Shown here: in pieces, positions 42,179 through 52,763 of the stretch
Layout of the letters: each line of letters starts with the position of its first letter
Numbering within the stretch: position 1 is the first letter of the stretch
Origin: Nemertoderma westbladi
Taxonomy: Eukaryota; Animalia; Xenacoelomorpha
Assembly (NCBI GenBank): GCA_032718475.1
Contig: JAUCBJ010008795.1
Coordinates: 62,001-126,000 of the forward strand
Direction of reading: 5' to 3'
Length of the DNA stretch: 64,000 nt
Program-made: the position numbers and the translations under genes
The notes under the pieces: generated by a model
Told to the model about the DNA's origin: nothing
The model's database searches: none
The model's input: only the letters and a program-made list of their open reading frames with translations

Positions 42179-43117
42179 AGTTTATGTGACTATTCGCAAC
42201 ATTCATATCCCCAAGTTTATTCCTACAGTAATTGTGCTTGTTATATATACCGTAATAGTTAAATTAACCCCGGTACTACATCAGGGCTGCTTGGCGTAGG
42301 TAAAGACTGGTGATTTTGTGCCCCGGTCACTCCAGCAGATACCGTGGTTCTTTTAGCTGTTCAAGTATTTTTAACTACTGATTATTTGTTGTATGAGTAC
42401 TTGTACCTAATTTAGGGTTTAGTGTACAGTGCTTTCCGAAGCTAATTAGTGTGTAGGCAGTATATTTGTGTTGTAAAGTGGTTAATAGGCACGTTGGTTC
42501 TGGTAGACCTCGGTAATTAACTTCTAGGTAGGAACACTCCGTGATACATAACGTAGTACTTATAGCGATACGGCTATAAGTCGTCAGACGGTGGTATTTT
42601 CCTATCTGGACAACGCAGTATATTTACTACTACTTATTATTTTCAAATACCGTAGTACCCTGTCCGTTGTAATAACCAGATATTCTAACCCTTTGTTAGG
42701 CTGGTTTGTAGACTTCTTGTAAAATTACCCTAAAAATTCGTACTTGTAAAATTTTGTGTTTATTTAGAGACTGTAATCTCACCCCGAATTGTACGTAATT
42801 TGTAGTATTAAGTAACTTAGGTAAATTAGAATTATTTGTTTTAGTGTCCAACAAGTAGCACTTCACTGAGAGCGCACAGCTTCTGTGTAGTGACTCCTTC
42901 CCAGAAATAATAACATTTATTTCAAATATTGACAAAACCCATTAAATGGGTATATATATTATAAATCAACTCAAACGATTTATAAATAGTAGGCCTGCCA
43001 TACAACAATTAGGTCTCAATATCAGTTGGACTACTGCTCAAATAACGGTAATAAAGTAAGTTAAAGTAACCAAGTAACCCCTAAAATTCAGAAATTCAAT
43101 TATTATAAAATAATTGA

Positions 43118-43490
43118 CATACCGGTATTCACCATAGACTTATTATATTTATTTCTATAAATTTAGGCTGAAATCATACCGGTATTCTGTAATCAATTCT
43201 AGTCTGTAATTATACTTATATATATACTATAAGTGTAAGCTGTATACCGGTATTCACGATAGGCCTATTATATATTTATAAATTTAGGCTGAAATTATAC
43301 CGGTATTCTGTAATTAATTCTAGTTCATAATTATACTTATATATACTATAAGTGTAAGCTGCATACCGGTATTCACGATAGGCCTATTATATATTTATAT
43401 ATATTCATGCTGAAATTACCTACCGGTATTCTGTGACAAACCTAGTCTGTAATAATACTTATATATACTATAACCATACCGGTATTCTAA
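43118..43490 (+). repeat. ~120-bp AT-rich triplicated unit with ATACCGGTATTC cores upstream of gag (also at ~49802-50175)
   Basis: Units start near 43119, 43244, 43362. Confidence 0.8.
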
Positions 43491-43621
43491 TATATTATAT
43501 ATATATCACGCTACACTGAGTAGCAGTATCGGTAATTAATTACTAGGCTAACAGTGATACTGAATTACTAGACTTGCTTAAACTGTAATATAACAGTAGG
43601 CATTCAACTGTACAAACCAAC

Positions 43622-45580
43622 ATGTCTGACACAAAGCAAAACCTGTCAGACAGTCTCCTAGATACAACCATATGTGACCCAGACAGGAGTGTGGAACGTG
43701 TGGGACCGAAGTTCAACTCACCTCCTACTGTAAGAAAGATCATCCCTCCAGTAGTAATATCAGACCCTAGGCTAGTCCAACATCGTAGGTCTATCATAGG
43801 CACTCGAGCTCAGGTCAAGCGGGACCAAGAAGCAGCGGAACAGCAACTACCCGCGAGCCGAGAACTTATTTCTCAGCGGCCCGACAGCTCCAGTAGTGCG
43901 GATACTGTAGAGCTGACACCCGAGCACGGAGCAAAGATGACAGATGCGGTTTATTCGGATCCCCTTCTCATCCTTCCTGCAGCCGTACTCACTAGGGTAT
44001 TGATTGCGGTGGAGGAACACCAGATTGATTGGGCGAGAAATAAGCGATCGACTAAGGATAGTTATGCTGGATACATAAGGGAAGAACTGAAGCCTATGGT
44101 CGAGTCGCAATGGAACTTCCCCGGACCCGGACTCCCGTTTGATTTATCGGAAGCTGCCTGGGAAGACATACACAGGATGGGAGTAACCAAGGAAACCATC
44201 GATCCAGCTGTGTGGAAGAGGTCCGCAGCCGGATACATACAGGGATTCTTCAGCTCCATGGAGCGATTAGAAGAACAATTGTTTAGACAATCACAAGGAC
44301 CTCAAGAGCAGGGAGAGCTGCTTTATCAAGTTCGAGAAAGAATTCTAAGAATCAGACTAATCCTATTGGCCTTTGAGGAGGCTTCGAAAAGAAAACAGGA
44401 CACGTCGTTGCAAGTTGCCGTAAAAACTTGGTTACTGCGGGTGAGTCTCCAAGTTCAAAGAACTGCCCCATGGAAATCTCAGGTAGCTGAGCGCTCAACC
44501 CATGGAGAATCCACAGACGCTACATTTTCTCAAGTGGAAAGTGAAGCGACGGTGGAGAAACCACATCAGAGGGATGCTATTGACATCTATCTGTCGGACT
44601 ATCAACGTTTTGTAGGAGATGAAGAGTTGAGGAGAAGGCTGGAGGGGCTTAGCCCTAATAGTGAAGGAGCCAAGCTTGTGTTGGACGCAATCGATGTGGA
44701 TATGAGAGCTGCGAACCAAGCTAAATTTGATGAACGCCTCCGCATCACTAGAGTCCAAGAAGAACAAGTAAAGAAAAAACGTATAGAAGACAGAAAGATA
44801 GCAGCAGCGGCAGCAGCAGAGGCAGAAGCAGAAAGAAAAGTGGCAGAAGTGGAAAGAAGAGCGGCAGCGGCAAAAGCTGCAGCGGCAGAATCAGATAGAA
44901 AAGCGGCAGTGGCAGCAGTAGAAGCGGAAAGAAGAGCGGCAGAGGCAAAAGCTGCAGCGGCAGAATCAGATAGAAAAGCGGCAGTGGCAGCAGTAGAAGC
45001 GGAAAGAAGAGCGGCAGAGGCAAAAGCTGCAGCGGCAGAATCAGATAGAAAAGCGGCAGTGGCAGCAGTAGAAGCAGAAAGAAAGCGAGCATTGGCAGAA
45101 GCAGAACGAAGAGCAGCTGAAGAGACCACCCAACTGGAGTTGGAGGATATTCAGGAGAGTCGGGACTGCATAAATAAACAGTTAACAGCTAGTCAAATGC
45201 AGATGATGAGTCGATCTACTCCCAAGAGACAGGGTTTTACATCATCAGATGAGGGCGATACAACAGATCCGGAAGGCGGAGGAAATCGATCTCGTCTCAG
45301 CAGACGTAGAAGAATGTCCCACCGTCAGAAATTGCCTGATTTGCCCCCAGCTGTTCGAAAACAACTAGTTAGCACAGACTTAGGTAGTACAGAACCCACA
45401 GACCAAATTATTAAAATAGACAGACTCCCTACTATAGTAGATGAGCCTGAAATAATTAGGCCTGTTCTCGAATTAGGGAGCCCTGGTTCGATCCCTAGAT
45501 GGGGCAGCACTGTTTGGGCACAGTGCTTTAAATGCTGCAGCCTAGCCCAACCCCGGCTTTCATCCTTCAGTGGTCGATAA
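43622..45580 (+). pseudogene. Truncated copy of the gag-position ORF, reading into a SINE for its last ~35 codons
   Basis: Nearly identical to ORF 50307 up to IIRPVLE, then unrelated. Confidence 0.85.
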
Positions 45581-45700
45581 ATGGGAACCAAGGCAACTTG
45601 GGAAACAGAGTGGAAGGGTTTACTGTGGAAGAGCACCCATGGTGGTGAACAGGCATTCCTTGGCTTAACGAGCCTAAAAGATTCTCCCAATAGTCATTAA
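45474..45700 (+). mobile_element. 5'-truncated tRNA-derived SINE fragment
   Basis: B-box GGTTCGATCCC followed by CTTTCATCCTTCAGTGGTCGATAAATGGGAACC, resembling a Nin/Deu-type conserved SINE core; A-box missing at the duplication junction; 3' end approximate. Confidence 0.6.
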
Positions 45701-45736
45701 TATTAAATATAATTTAAATCTTCGAGCTTTACTCTG

Positions 45737-45972
45737 CAGATAGGGGGGAACTTGACGCAATAAAAATTCATCCCTATCCAGGGGAAATTGGTCGCAAATA
45801 ACAGATGATTACTCTCAAAAATAAAACTGTGTTCTATTGTGTTTAGTTTATTGTTTTGGTTAAAATATCGTGCCACTGTAACCTGCTCCTTTCCCTCAAT
45901 TGAGAATTTAACATTGAGGCGGGATATTAATTCGCCAAGGCGGGTTTTGCGTCGAGTTTCCCCCCCTGTCTC
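45737..45972. mobile_element. 236-bp hAT-like MITE
   Basis: Imperfect TIRs CAGATAGGGGGGAACTTGACGCAA / TTGCGTCGAGTTTCCCCCCCTGTCTC; exact 8-bp TSD TTACTCTG at 45729-45736 and 45973-45980. Confidence 0.75.
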
Positions 45973-46166
45973 TTACTCTGTATGTATATATAGGGACAAA
46001 TAACTGAAAAACAATAATTTTTTAATAATCAAAGAATTATCAATCAATTCAATAGAATTATAAAATTACTTATCCCAAATTCAAAGAATTATCAATAAAC
46101 ACTACCGGTAGTTAAAATAACCAATAGTTATGACCCGACTAATAATTATTAAATCCGTTAATATTC

Positions 46167-46484
46167 TCAAATCAGAGTAAATTCTGGAGACATTAGAATG
46201 TCGTCAGTAACCAATTGGAAGAATATATTGGAATTCGCTGCTAGATACCGAGTATTGAGAGGGAAGTGAATAGTTTGTGAGCAGGTATCCGCATAGAGCC
46301 TCTTAAAACCATCCTGTGAAAGAGATTCATCTTTCTCGAATTCGAGATTACCTTCGAAGTTTGGAAATCTACTGCCACTTCCAAATTGTAATATATCCGC
46401 AAGAAATAAGTATTTCCTGTTGGTGTCTTCAAAATCCGTCTTTATAAAGGCGATGATGAAAGGCGAAAGGCCTCCATTGTCCAT
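46167..46484 (-). pseudogene. HECT E3 ubiquitin ligase C-lobe remnant inside the IS3EU-like element
   Basis: LADILQFGSGS...P, YADTCSQTIHFP (A-x-T-C catalytic Cys motif), Phe at -4 from the C-terminus (PEFTLI). Confidence 0.6.
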
Positions 46485-46996
46485 TCTGCCAGTTCAAATT
46501 TCCCTCTCTGCTATTTTTGGCCCAAACGGCAAGATAAAAAAACATACCATTACAACTTTTGGCCCAAACGGCAAGATAAAAAACATACCATTATAACTTT
46601 TTAATATAATATGTTTATTTTATTTTTGGCCCAAACGGCGCCCCATAATACTCTGTACGTCGTCGTGTTAACCATGTATTTTGGTGAGGCCCAGAAAGTC
46701 CTAAGTAAGAGGCTTTCTGGGCAGGTTCGTACAATTAAAGATGGTGATATAAATATTGTGTACAGATGGGGACTTAACAAAATACACGGTGGAGTAGAGT
46801 ACCGCGCCTCTGTGCCCATTGCAGGAAAGTAAAAGAGGCCGCTTTCCTAAAACGTAAAGATTTTGTAAAATAGCAGTTTTCTGTTGCATTTATTGTTACA
46901 TAAATCATAAAACACCTCACGGTATTTCAATTGAAAACCTAAATAATGCACTAAAATTAAACTGCAAAGCACAATTGAACATAATAAATCAAAACC

Positions 46997-48168
46997 TGTA
47001 AAAGCTTTTGCGGAATTAACCGGTTATTTTCCCCGTAAAGTACTCTGTAGTTGGTTTAACAGGCATAAAAGGCCGTATCCTTACTGTACTGGTGTTTTAG
47101 GGGACATAAAAAGCTATTTCTTCTGTATGTGTACTTTAGCGGACATAATTAGCAATTCTGTGACGCAATGCGCTAGATCCTCTTGAAACAGTGTAGTTAC
47201 TATGACGACGGCTAACAGCTGAGCTGTACATGTGTAGCTTTTCCCTTGTTCTCTGATGTTTCTTTGTTCAGTCAACCAATCAGAGCGATTCTCCTGCTTT
47301 TTGTACAGAAACCTCCGAGAAATCGCGCAATGCATTATGGGTCAATGTTTACATTTTGTCCTGAGCCCAGAAGACCGGCTTTTGGAATCTCTGTGTTTTC
47401 AGTCTTTAGCCCAACATTAGTAGGCTTAATTATAGAACGTATATCTGATACAAACTTAACCAATTCTCACATATCATATCAATTTATACCTTAACATTTG
47501 TACTGCTATTTACTGTCGGTTATTCATTATATCTGTTGATGGAATATTATTATATTTGGAATACCGATAAATAATTACAAACTCTCGATCTTCTTGATAT
47601 ACTGAAGGTTAGAGAGACCGGTTACATATAACGATTGCGACTTATATTAAAGTGGTTTTGAAGTGAATCTAATGCTATTTCATAGGCACTACATGTATTG
47701 GTTGTTGTTCTCTTTATATGTGACTAAAATTAGTGAAGGTCGGCAGATCAGTGTGCAGCATTGTGCAGTATTGTGTATGATTGTGACTGATAACAAAGCA
47801 TCTCCTAAAGAATGCGCCATATACGTGAATCTATAGCCATCCCGTTGTGTCTAGTTTAAGTCATAACTCTGTTTACATATTTAGAGCGCCACGTCCTAAA
47901 GGAACTGTTAATATTTCCCGAAAGTGAATAATATTTGTCAGAGATTATATATTACGATCAGTCGAATAATACAGTAGGCCTACACCGCAATACGGTTAGG
48001 CTTCCGAATCCAGTCTCCCGGGTATATCCAGCGGGTGAATGATCACGCATAGACTGGCTTCGGCTAATGTAGTGTATCAAATACTTGTCATAGGCTAAAG
48101 ACGATCTATTATCTAGAAGACATCCCAATTTGGCAGGTTAAACTGCTAAAGGTCTAAAAGCGCGAACA
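46997..48168 (+). repeat. 5' LTR (3' boundary uncertain)
   Basis: Region shared with 61775-62961; TG...CA. Confidence 0.85.
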
Positions 48169-50306
48169 ATAACAGATATAAAGTTCTGATTGCAGTGTAG
48201 GCAATAAATACAGATTAATATTGTTCTGGTAAGAACAATAACAGATATAGCTTCTGGCGTGTAAGCCTGCTCAGATTGTACAGATAATTTGTAGGCTGGA
48301 CTGTTGTCTGACTGTTGTTAAGTCTGAGGGGACTGTAGTGTGTGTAGAGCGTATGTCCGAAAAAGTACTAGTTAGGAAAGTAAGGGCTGCCAGTGCTGTG
48401 AGGTGAACCCCCTCGAAAGAATAAGTCGTACTACTCGTTTAGAACGCATACTAACAAACCATTTGTTAGTATGCATATACTGTAGTTTGTTTAGGCTTGA
48501 TAGTAGTCTGCCAGCGTTTGGTCTGTACTTTGTTTGTGTAGTCTGTACGGGTAGCGTAATATTTCTTATTTAGATAATTTGTAGGCTGGATTTTGCCTGG
48601 CTGTTGTTAGGTCTGAAGAAATTTCGGTGTGTGTAGAGTGTATGTCCGATAAAGTGCCAGTTGGGAACGTAGGGGCTTCCAGAGCTGTGAGGTAAACCCC
48701 CTCGAAAGAATAAGTCGTACTACTCGGTTAGAACGCATACTAACTAACCATTTCGGAGTCTGCATATACCGTAGTTTGTTTAGGCTTGATAGTAGTCTGT
48801 CAGTATTTGGTCTGCATTTTGTTTGAGTAGTCTGTACGCGTAGCGTAATATTTATTATTCAGAGTTTATGCGACTATTCGCAACATTCATATCCCCAAGT
48901 TTATTCCTATAGTAATTGTGCTTGTTATATATACCGTAATAGTTAAATTAACCCCGGTACTACATCAGGGCTGCTTGGCGTAGGTAAAGACTGGTGATTT
49001 TGTGCCCCGGTCACTCCAGCAGATACCGTGGTTCTTTTAGCTGTTCAAGTATTTTTAACTACTGATTATTTGTTGTATGAGTACTTGTACCTAATTTAGG
49101 GTTTAGTGTACAGTGCTTTCCGAAGGTAATTAGTGTGTAGGCAGTATATTTGTGTTGTAAAGTGGTTAATAGGCACGTTGGTTCTGGTAGACCGCGGTAA
49201 TTAACTTCTAGGTAGGAACACTCCGTGATACATAACGTAGTACTTATAGCGATACGGCTATAAGTCGTCAGACGGTGGTATTTTCCTATCTGGACAACGC
49301 AGTATATTTACTACTACTTATTATTTTCAAATACCGTAGTACCCTGTCCGTTGTAATAACCAGATATTCTAACCCTTTGTTAGGCTGGTTTGTAGACTTC
49401 TTGTAAAATTACCCTAAAAATTCGTACTTGTAAAATTTTGTGTTTATTTAGAGACTGTAATCTCACCCCGAATTGTACGTAATTTGTAGTATTAAGTAAC
49501 TTAGGTAAATTAGAATTATTTGTTTTAGTGTCCAACAAGTAGCACTTCACTGAGAGCGCACAGCTTCTGTGTAGTGACTCCTTCCCAGAAATAATAACAT
49601 TTATTTCAAATATTGACAAAACCCATTAAATGGGTATATACATTATAAATCAACTCAAACGATTTATAAATAGTAGGCCTGCCATACAACAATTAGGTCT
49701 CAATATCAGTTGGACTACTGCTCAAATAACGGTAATAAAGTAAGTTAAAGTAACCAAGTAACCCCTAAAATTCAGAAATTCAATTATTATAAAATAATTG
49801 ACATACCGGTATTCACCATAGACTTATTATATTTATTTCTATAAATTTAGGCTGAAATCATACCGGTATTCTGTAATCAATTCTAGTCTGTAATTATACT
49901 TAAAATATATACTATAAGTGTAAGCTGTATACCGGTATTCACGATAGTCCTATTATATATTTATAAATTTAGGCTGAAATTATACCGGTATTCTGTAATT
50001 AATTCTAGTTCATAATTATACTTATATATACTATAAGTGTAAGCTGCATACCGGTATTCACGATAGGCCTATTATATATTTATATATATTCATGCTGAAA
50101 TTACCTACCGGTATTCTGTGACAAACCTAGTCTGTAATAATACTTATATATACTATAACCATACCGGTATTCTAATATATTATATATATATCACGCTACA
50201 CTGAGTAGCAGTATCGGTAATTAATTACTAGGCTAACAGTGATACTGAATTACTAGACTTGCTTAAACTGTAATCTAGCAGTAGGCATTCAACTGTACAA
50301 ACCAAC

Positions 50307-52763
50307 ATGTCTGACACAAAGCAAAACCTGTCAGACAGTCTCCTAGATACAACCATATGTGACCCAGACAGGAGTGTGGAACGTGTGGGACCGAAGTTCA
50401 ACTCACCTCCTACTGTAAGAAAGATCATCCCTCCAGTAGTAATATCAGACCCTAGGCTAGTCCAACATCGTAGGTCTATCATAGGCACTCGAGCTCAGGT
50501 CAAGCGGGACCAAGAAGCAGCGGAACAGCAACTACCCGCGAGCCGAGAACTTATTTCTCAGCGGCCCGACAGCTCCAGTAGTGCGGATACTGTAGAGCTG
50601 ACACCCGAGCACGGAGCAAAGATGACAGATGCGGTTTATTCGGATCCCCTTCTCATCCTTCCTGCAGCCGTACTCACTAGGGTATTGATTGCGGTGGAGG
50701 AACACCAGATTGATTGGGCGAGAAATAAGCGATCGACTAAGGATAGTTATGCTGGATACATAAGGGAAGAACTGAAGCCTATGGTCGAGTCGCAATGGAA
50801 CTTCCCCGGACCCGGACTCCCGTTTGATTTATCGGAAGCTGCCTGGGAAGACATACACAGGATGGGAGTAACCAAGGAAACCATAGATCCAGCTGTGTGG
50901 AAGAGGTCCGCAGCCGGATACATACAGGGATTCTTCAGCTCCATGGAGCGATTAGAAGAACAATTGTTTAGACAATCACAAGGACCTCAAGAGCAGGGAG
51001 AGCTGCTTTATCAAGTTCGAGAAAGAATTCTAAGAATCAGACTAATCCTATCGGCCTTTGAGGAGGCTTCGAAAAGAAAACAGGACACGTCGTTGCAAGT
51101 TGCCGTAAAAACTTGGTTACAGCGGGTGAGTCTCCAAGTTCAAAGAACTGCCCCGTGGAAATCTCAGGTAGCTGAGCGCTCAACCCATGGAGAATCCACA
51201 GACGCTACATTTTCTCAAGTGGAAAGTGAAGCGACGGTGGAGAAACCGCATCAGAGGGATGCTATTGACATCTATCTGTCGGACTATCAACGTTTTGTAG
51301 GAGATGAAGAGTTGAGGAGAAGGCTGGAGGGGCTTAGCCCTAATAGTGAAGGAGCCAAGCTTGTGTTGGACGCAATCGATGTGGATATGAGAGCTGCGAA
51401 CCAAGCTAAATTTGATGAACGCCTCCGCATCACTAGAGTCCAAGAAGAACAAGTAAAGAAAAAACGTATAGAAGACAGAAAGATAGCAGCAGCGGCAGCA
51501 GCAGAGGCAGAAGCAGAAAGAAAAGTGGCAGAAGTGGAAAGAAGAGCGGCAGCGGCAAAAGCTGCAGCGGCAGAATCAGATAGAAAAGCGGCAGTGGCAG
51601 CAGTAGAAGCGGAAAGAAGAGCGGCAGAGGCAAAAGCTGCAGCGGCAGAATCAGATAGAAAAGCGGCAGTGGCAGCAGTAGAAGCGGAAAGAAGAGCGGC
51701 AGAGGAAAAAGCTGCAGCGGCAGAATCAGATAGAAAAGCAGCAGTGGCAGCAGTAGAAGCAGAAAGAAAGCGAGCATTGGCAGAAGCAGAACGAAGAGCA
51801 GCTGAAGAGACCACCCAACTGGAGTTGGAGGATATTCAGGAGAGTCGGGACTGCATAAATAAACAGTTAACAGCTAGTCAAATGCAGATGATGAGTCGAT
51901 CTACTCCCAAGAGACAGGGTTTTACATCATCAGATGAGGGCGATACAACAGATCCTGAAGGCGGAGGAAATCGATCTCGTCTCAGCAGACGTAGAAGAAT
52001 GTCCCACCGTCAGAAATTGCCTGATTTGCCCCCAGCTGTTCGAAAACAACTAGTTAGCACAGACTTAGGTAGTACAGAACCCACAGACCAAATTATTAAA
52101 ATAGACAGACTCCCTACTATAGTAGATGAGCCTGAAATAATTAGGCCTGTTCTCGAATCCACCCCTTCGGTGATAGAGACACCTGTACTCCCAGAACCTA
52201 CCTCTAGATTCCCTTTGCATAGCACTAAGCTACCTGTGCCCAGCAGAACAGCCCAGGAGACAGTTCATGTTCTGGACTCCGAGCGAAATATTAATGATTT
52301 GTCGCCCGTTGTCCCTCGTCTGCCCGCTACAACGTTGGCGGCTCCCGCTTCGGCGGTCGAGTGGGTGGATGAGAGACGGCGGGGGATGGATCTCCTGCTC
52401 GGGCAGATGCAGGAGACTTTTAAGCAGTTCAAGGGCACAGTAAGGGAAAGTAGGTTAGAGTTGCAAGAAGTGCAACAAAGTATCGCATTAGAACGCGATA
52501 AATTAGTAAATACTCAAAGGGGTATACCACCACCCCATGTAACAATGTGTCAACCTGTTAGGTCTGAAGTATTTCATGCGCAAGGTGTGGAGCCTACACG
52601 CATCTATACTGCTAGCGAAGTGGAAACTCCTATAGTAAACCCTATTAAGGGTAATTATAAACCTGTTGACAATGATATTCCATATAGACCTGATCATAAT
52701 CCGAGAAATTTATATACCGATAACTCGATATTAAATAAGATAGATAGACAGACAAAGAACTAG
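50307..52763 (+). CDS. Gag-position ORF (818 aa), N-terminal/coiled-coil part only
   Basis: First long ORF after the LTR; three 25-aa Ala/Glu/Arg repeats; no CCHC knuckles before the stop. Confidence 0.7.
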   Translation: MSDTKQNLSDSLLDTTICDPDRSVERVGPKFNSPPTVRKIIPPVVISDPRLVQHRRSIIGTRAQVKRDQEAAEQQLPASRELISQRPDSSSSADTVELTPEHGAKMTDAVYSDPLLILPAAVLTRVLIAVEEHQIDWARNKRSTKDSYAGYIREELKPMVESQWNFPGPGLPFDLSEAAWEDIHRMGVTKETIDPAVWKRSAAGYIQGFFSSMERLEEQLFRQSQGPQEQGELLYQVRERILRIRLILSAFEEASKRKQDTSLQVAVKTWLQRVSLQVQRTAPWKSQVAERSTHGESTDATFSQVESEATVEKPHQRDAIDIYLSDYQRFVGDEELRRRLEGLSPNSEGAKLVLDAIDVDMRAANQAKFDERLRITRVQEEQVKKKRIEDRKIAAAAAAEAEAERKVAEVERRAAAAKAAAAESDRKAAVAAVEAERRAAEAKAAAAESDRKAAVAAVEAERRAAEEKAAAAESDRKAAVAAVEAERKRALAEAERRAAEETTQLELEDIQESRDCINKQLTASQMQMMSRSTPKRQGFTSSDEGDTTDPEGGGNRSRLSRRRRMSHRQKLPDLPPAVRKQLVSTDLGSTEPTDQIIKIDRLPTIVDEPEIIRPVLESTPSVIETPVLPEPTSRFPLHSTKLPVPSRTAQETVHVLDSERNINDLSPVVPRLPATTLAAPASAVEWVDERRRGMDLLLGQMQETFKQFKGTVRESRLELQEVQQSIALERDKLVNTQRGIPPPHVTMCQPVRSEVFHAQGVEPTRIYTASEVETPIVNPIKGNYKPVDNDIPYRPDHNPRNLYTDNSILNKIDRQTKN

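Larger units (their letters stand above)
40025..45473 (+). repeat. Near-identical 5.4-kb direct duplication of 46944-52158 (53-bp flank + LTR + leader + 5' gag)
   Basis: Identity begins at TAATGCACTAAA, 53 bp outside the LTR, and ends at GTTCTCGAAT. Confidence 0.95.
39570..46647. mobile_element. IS3EU-like non-autonomous DNA transposon
   Basis: ~155-bp TIRs (39570-39724, 46493-46647) with TATGG...CCATA ends and exact 6-bp TSD ATACTC (39564-39569, 46648-46653); TAY..RTA ends with a 6-bp TSD match IS3EU as recalled. Confidence 0.75.

Noticed and set aside
44602-45129. Antisense Ala/Ser- and Leu-rich ORFs (also 51287-51814) and other ORFs overlapping DHX38, SAMHD1-like and pol
   Set aside because: Shadow frames of real coding or low-complexity sequence with no independent motifs
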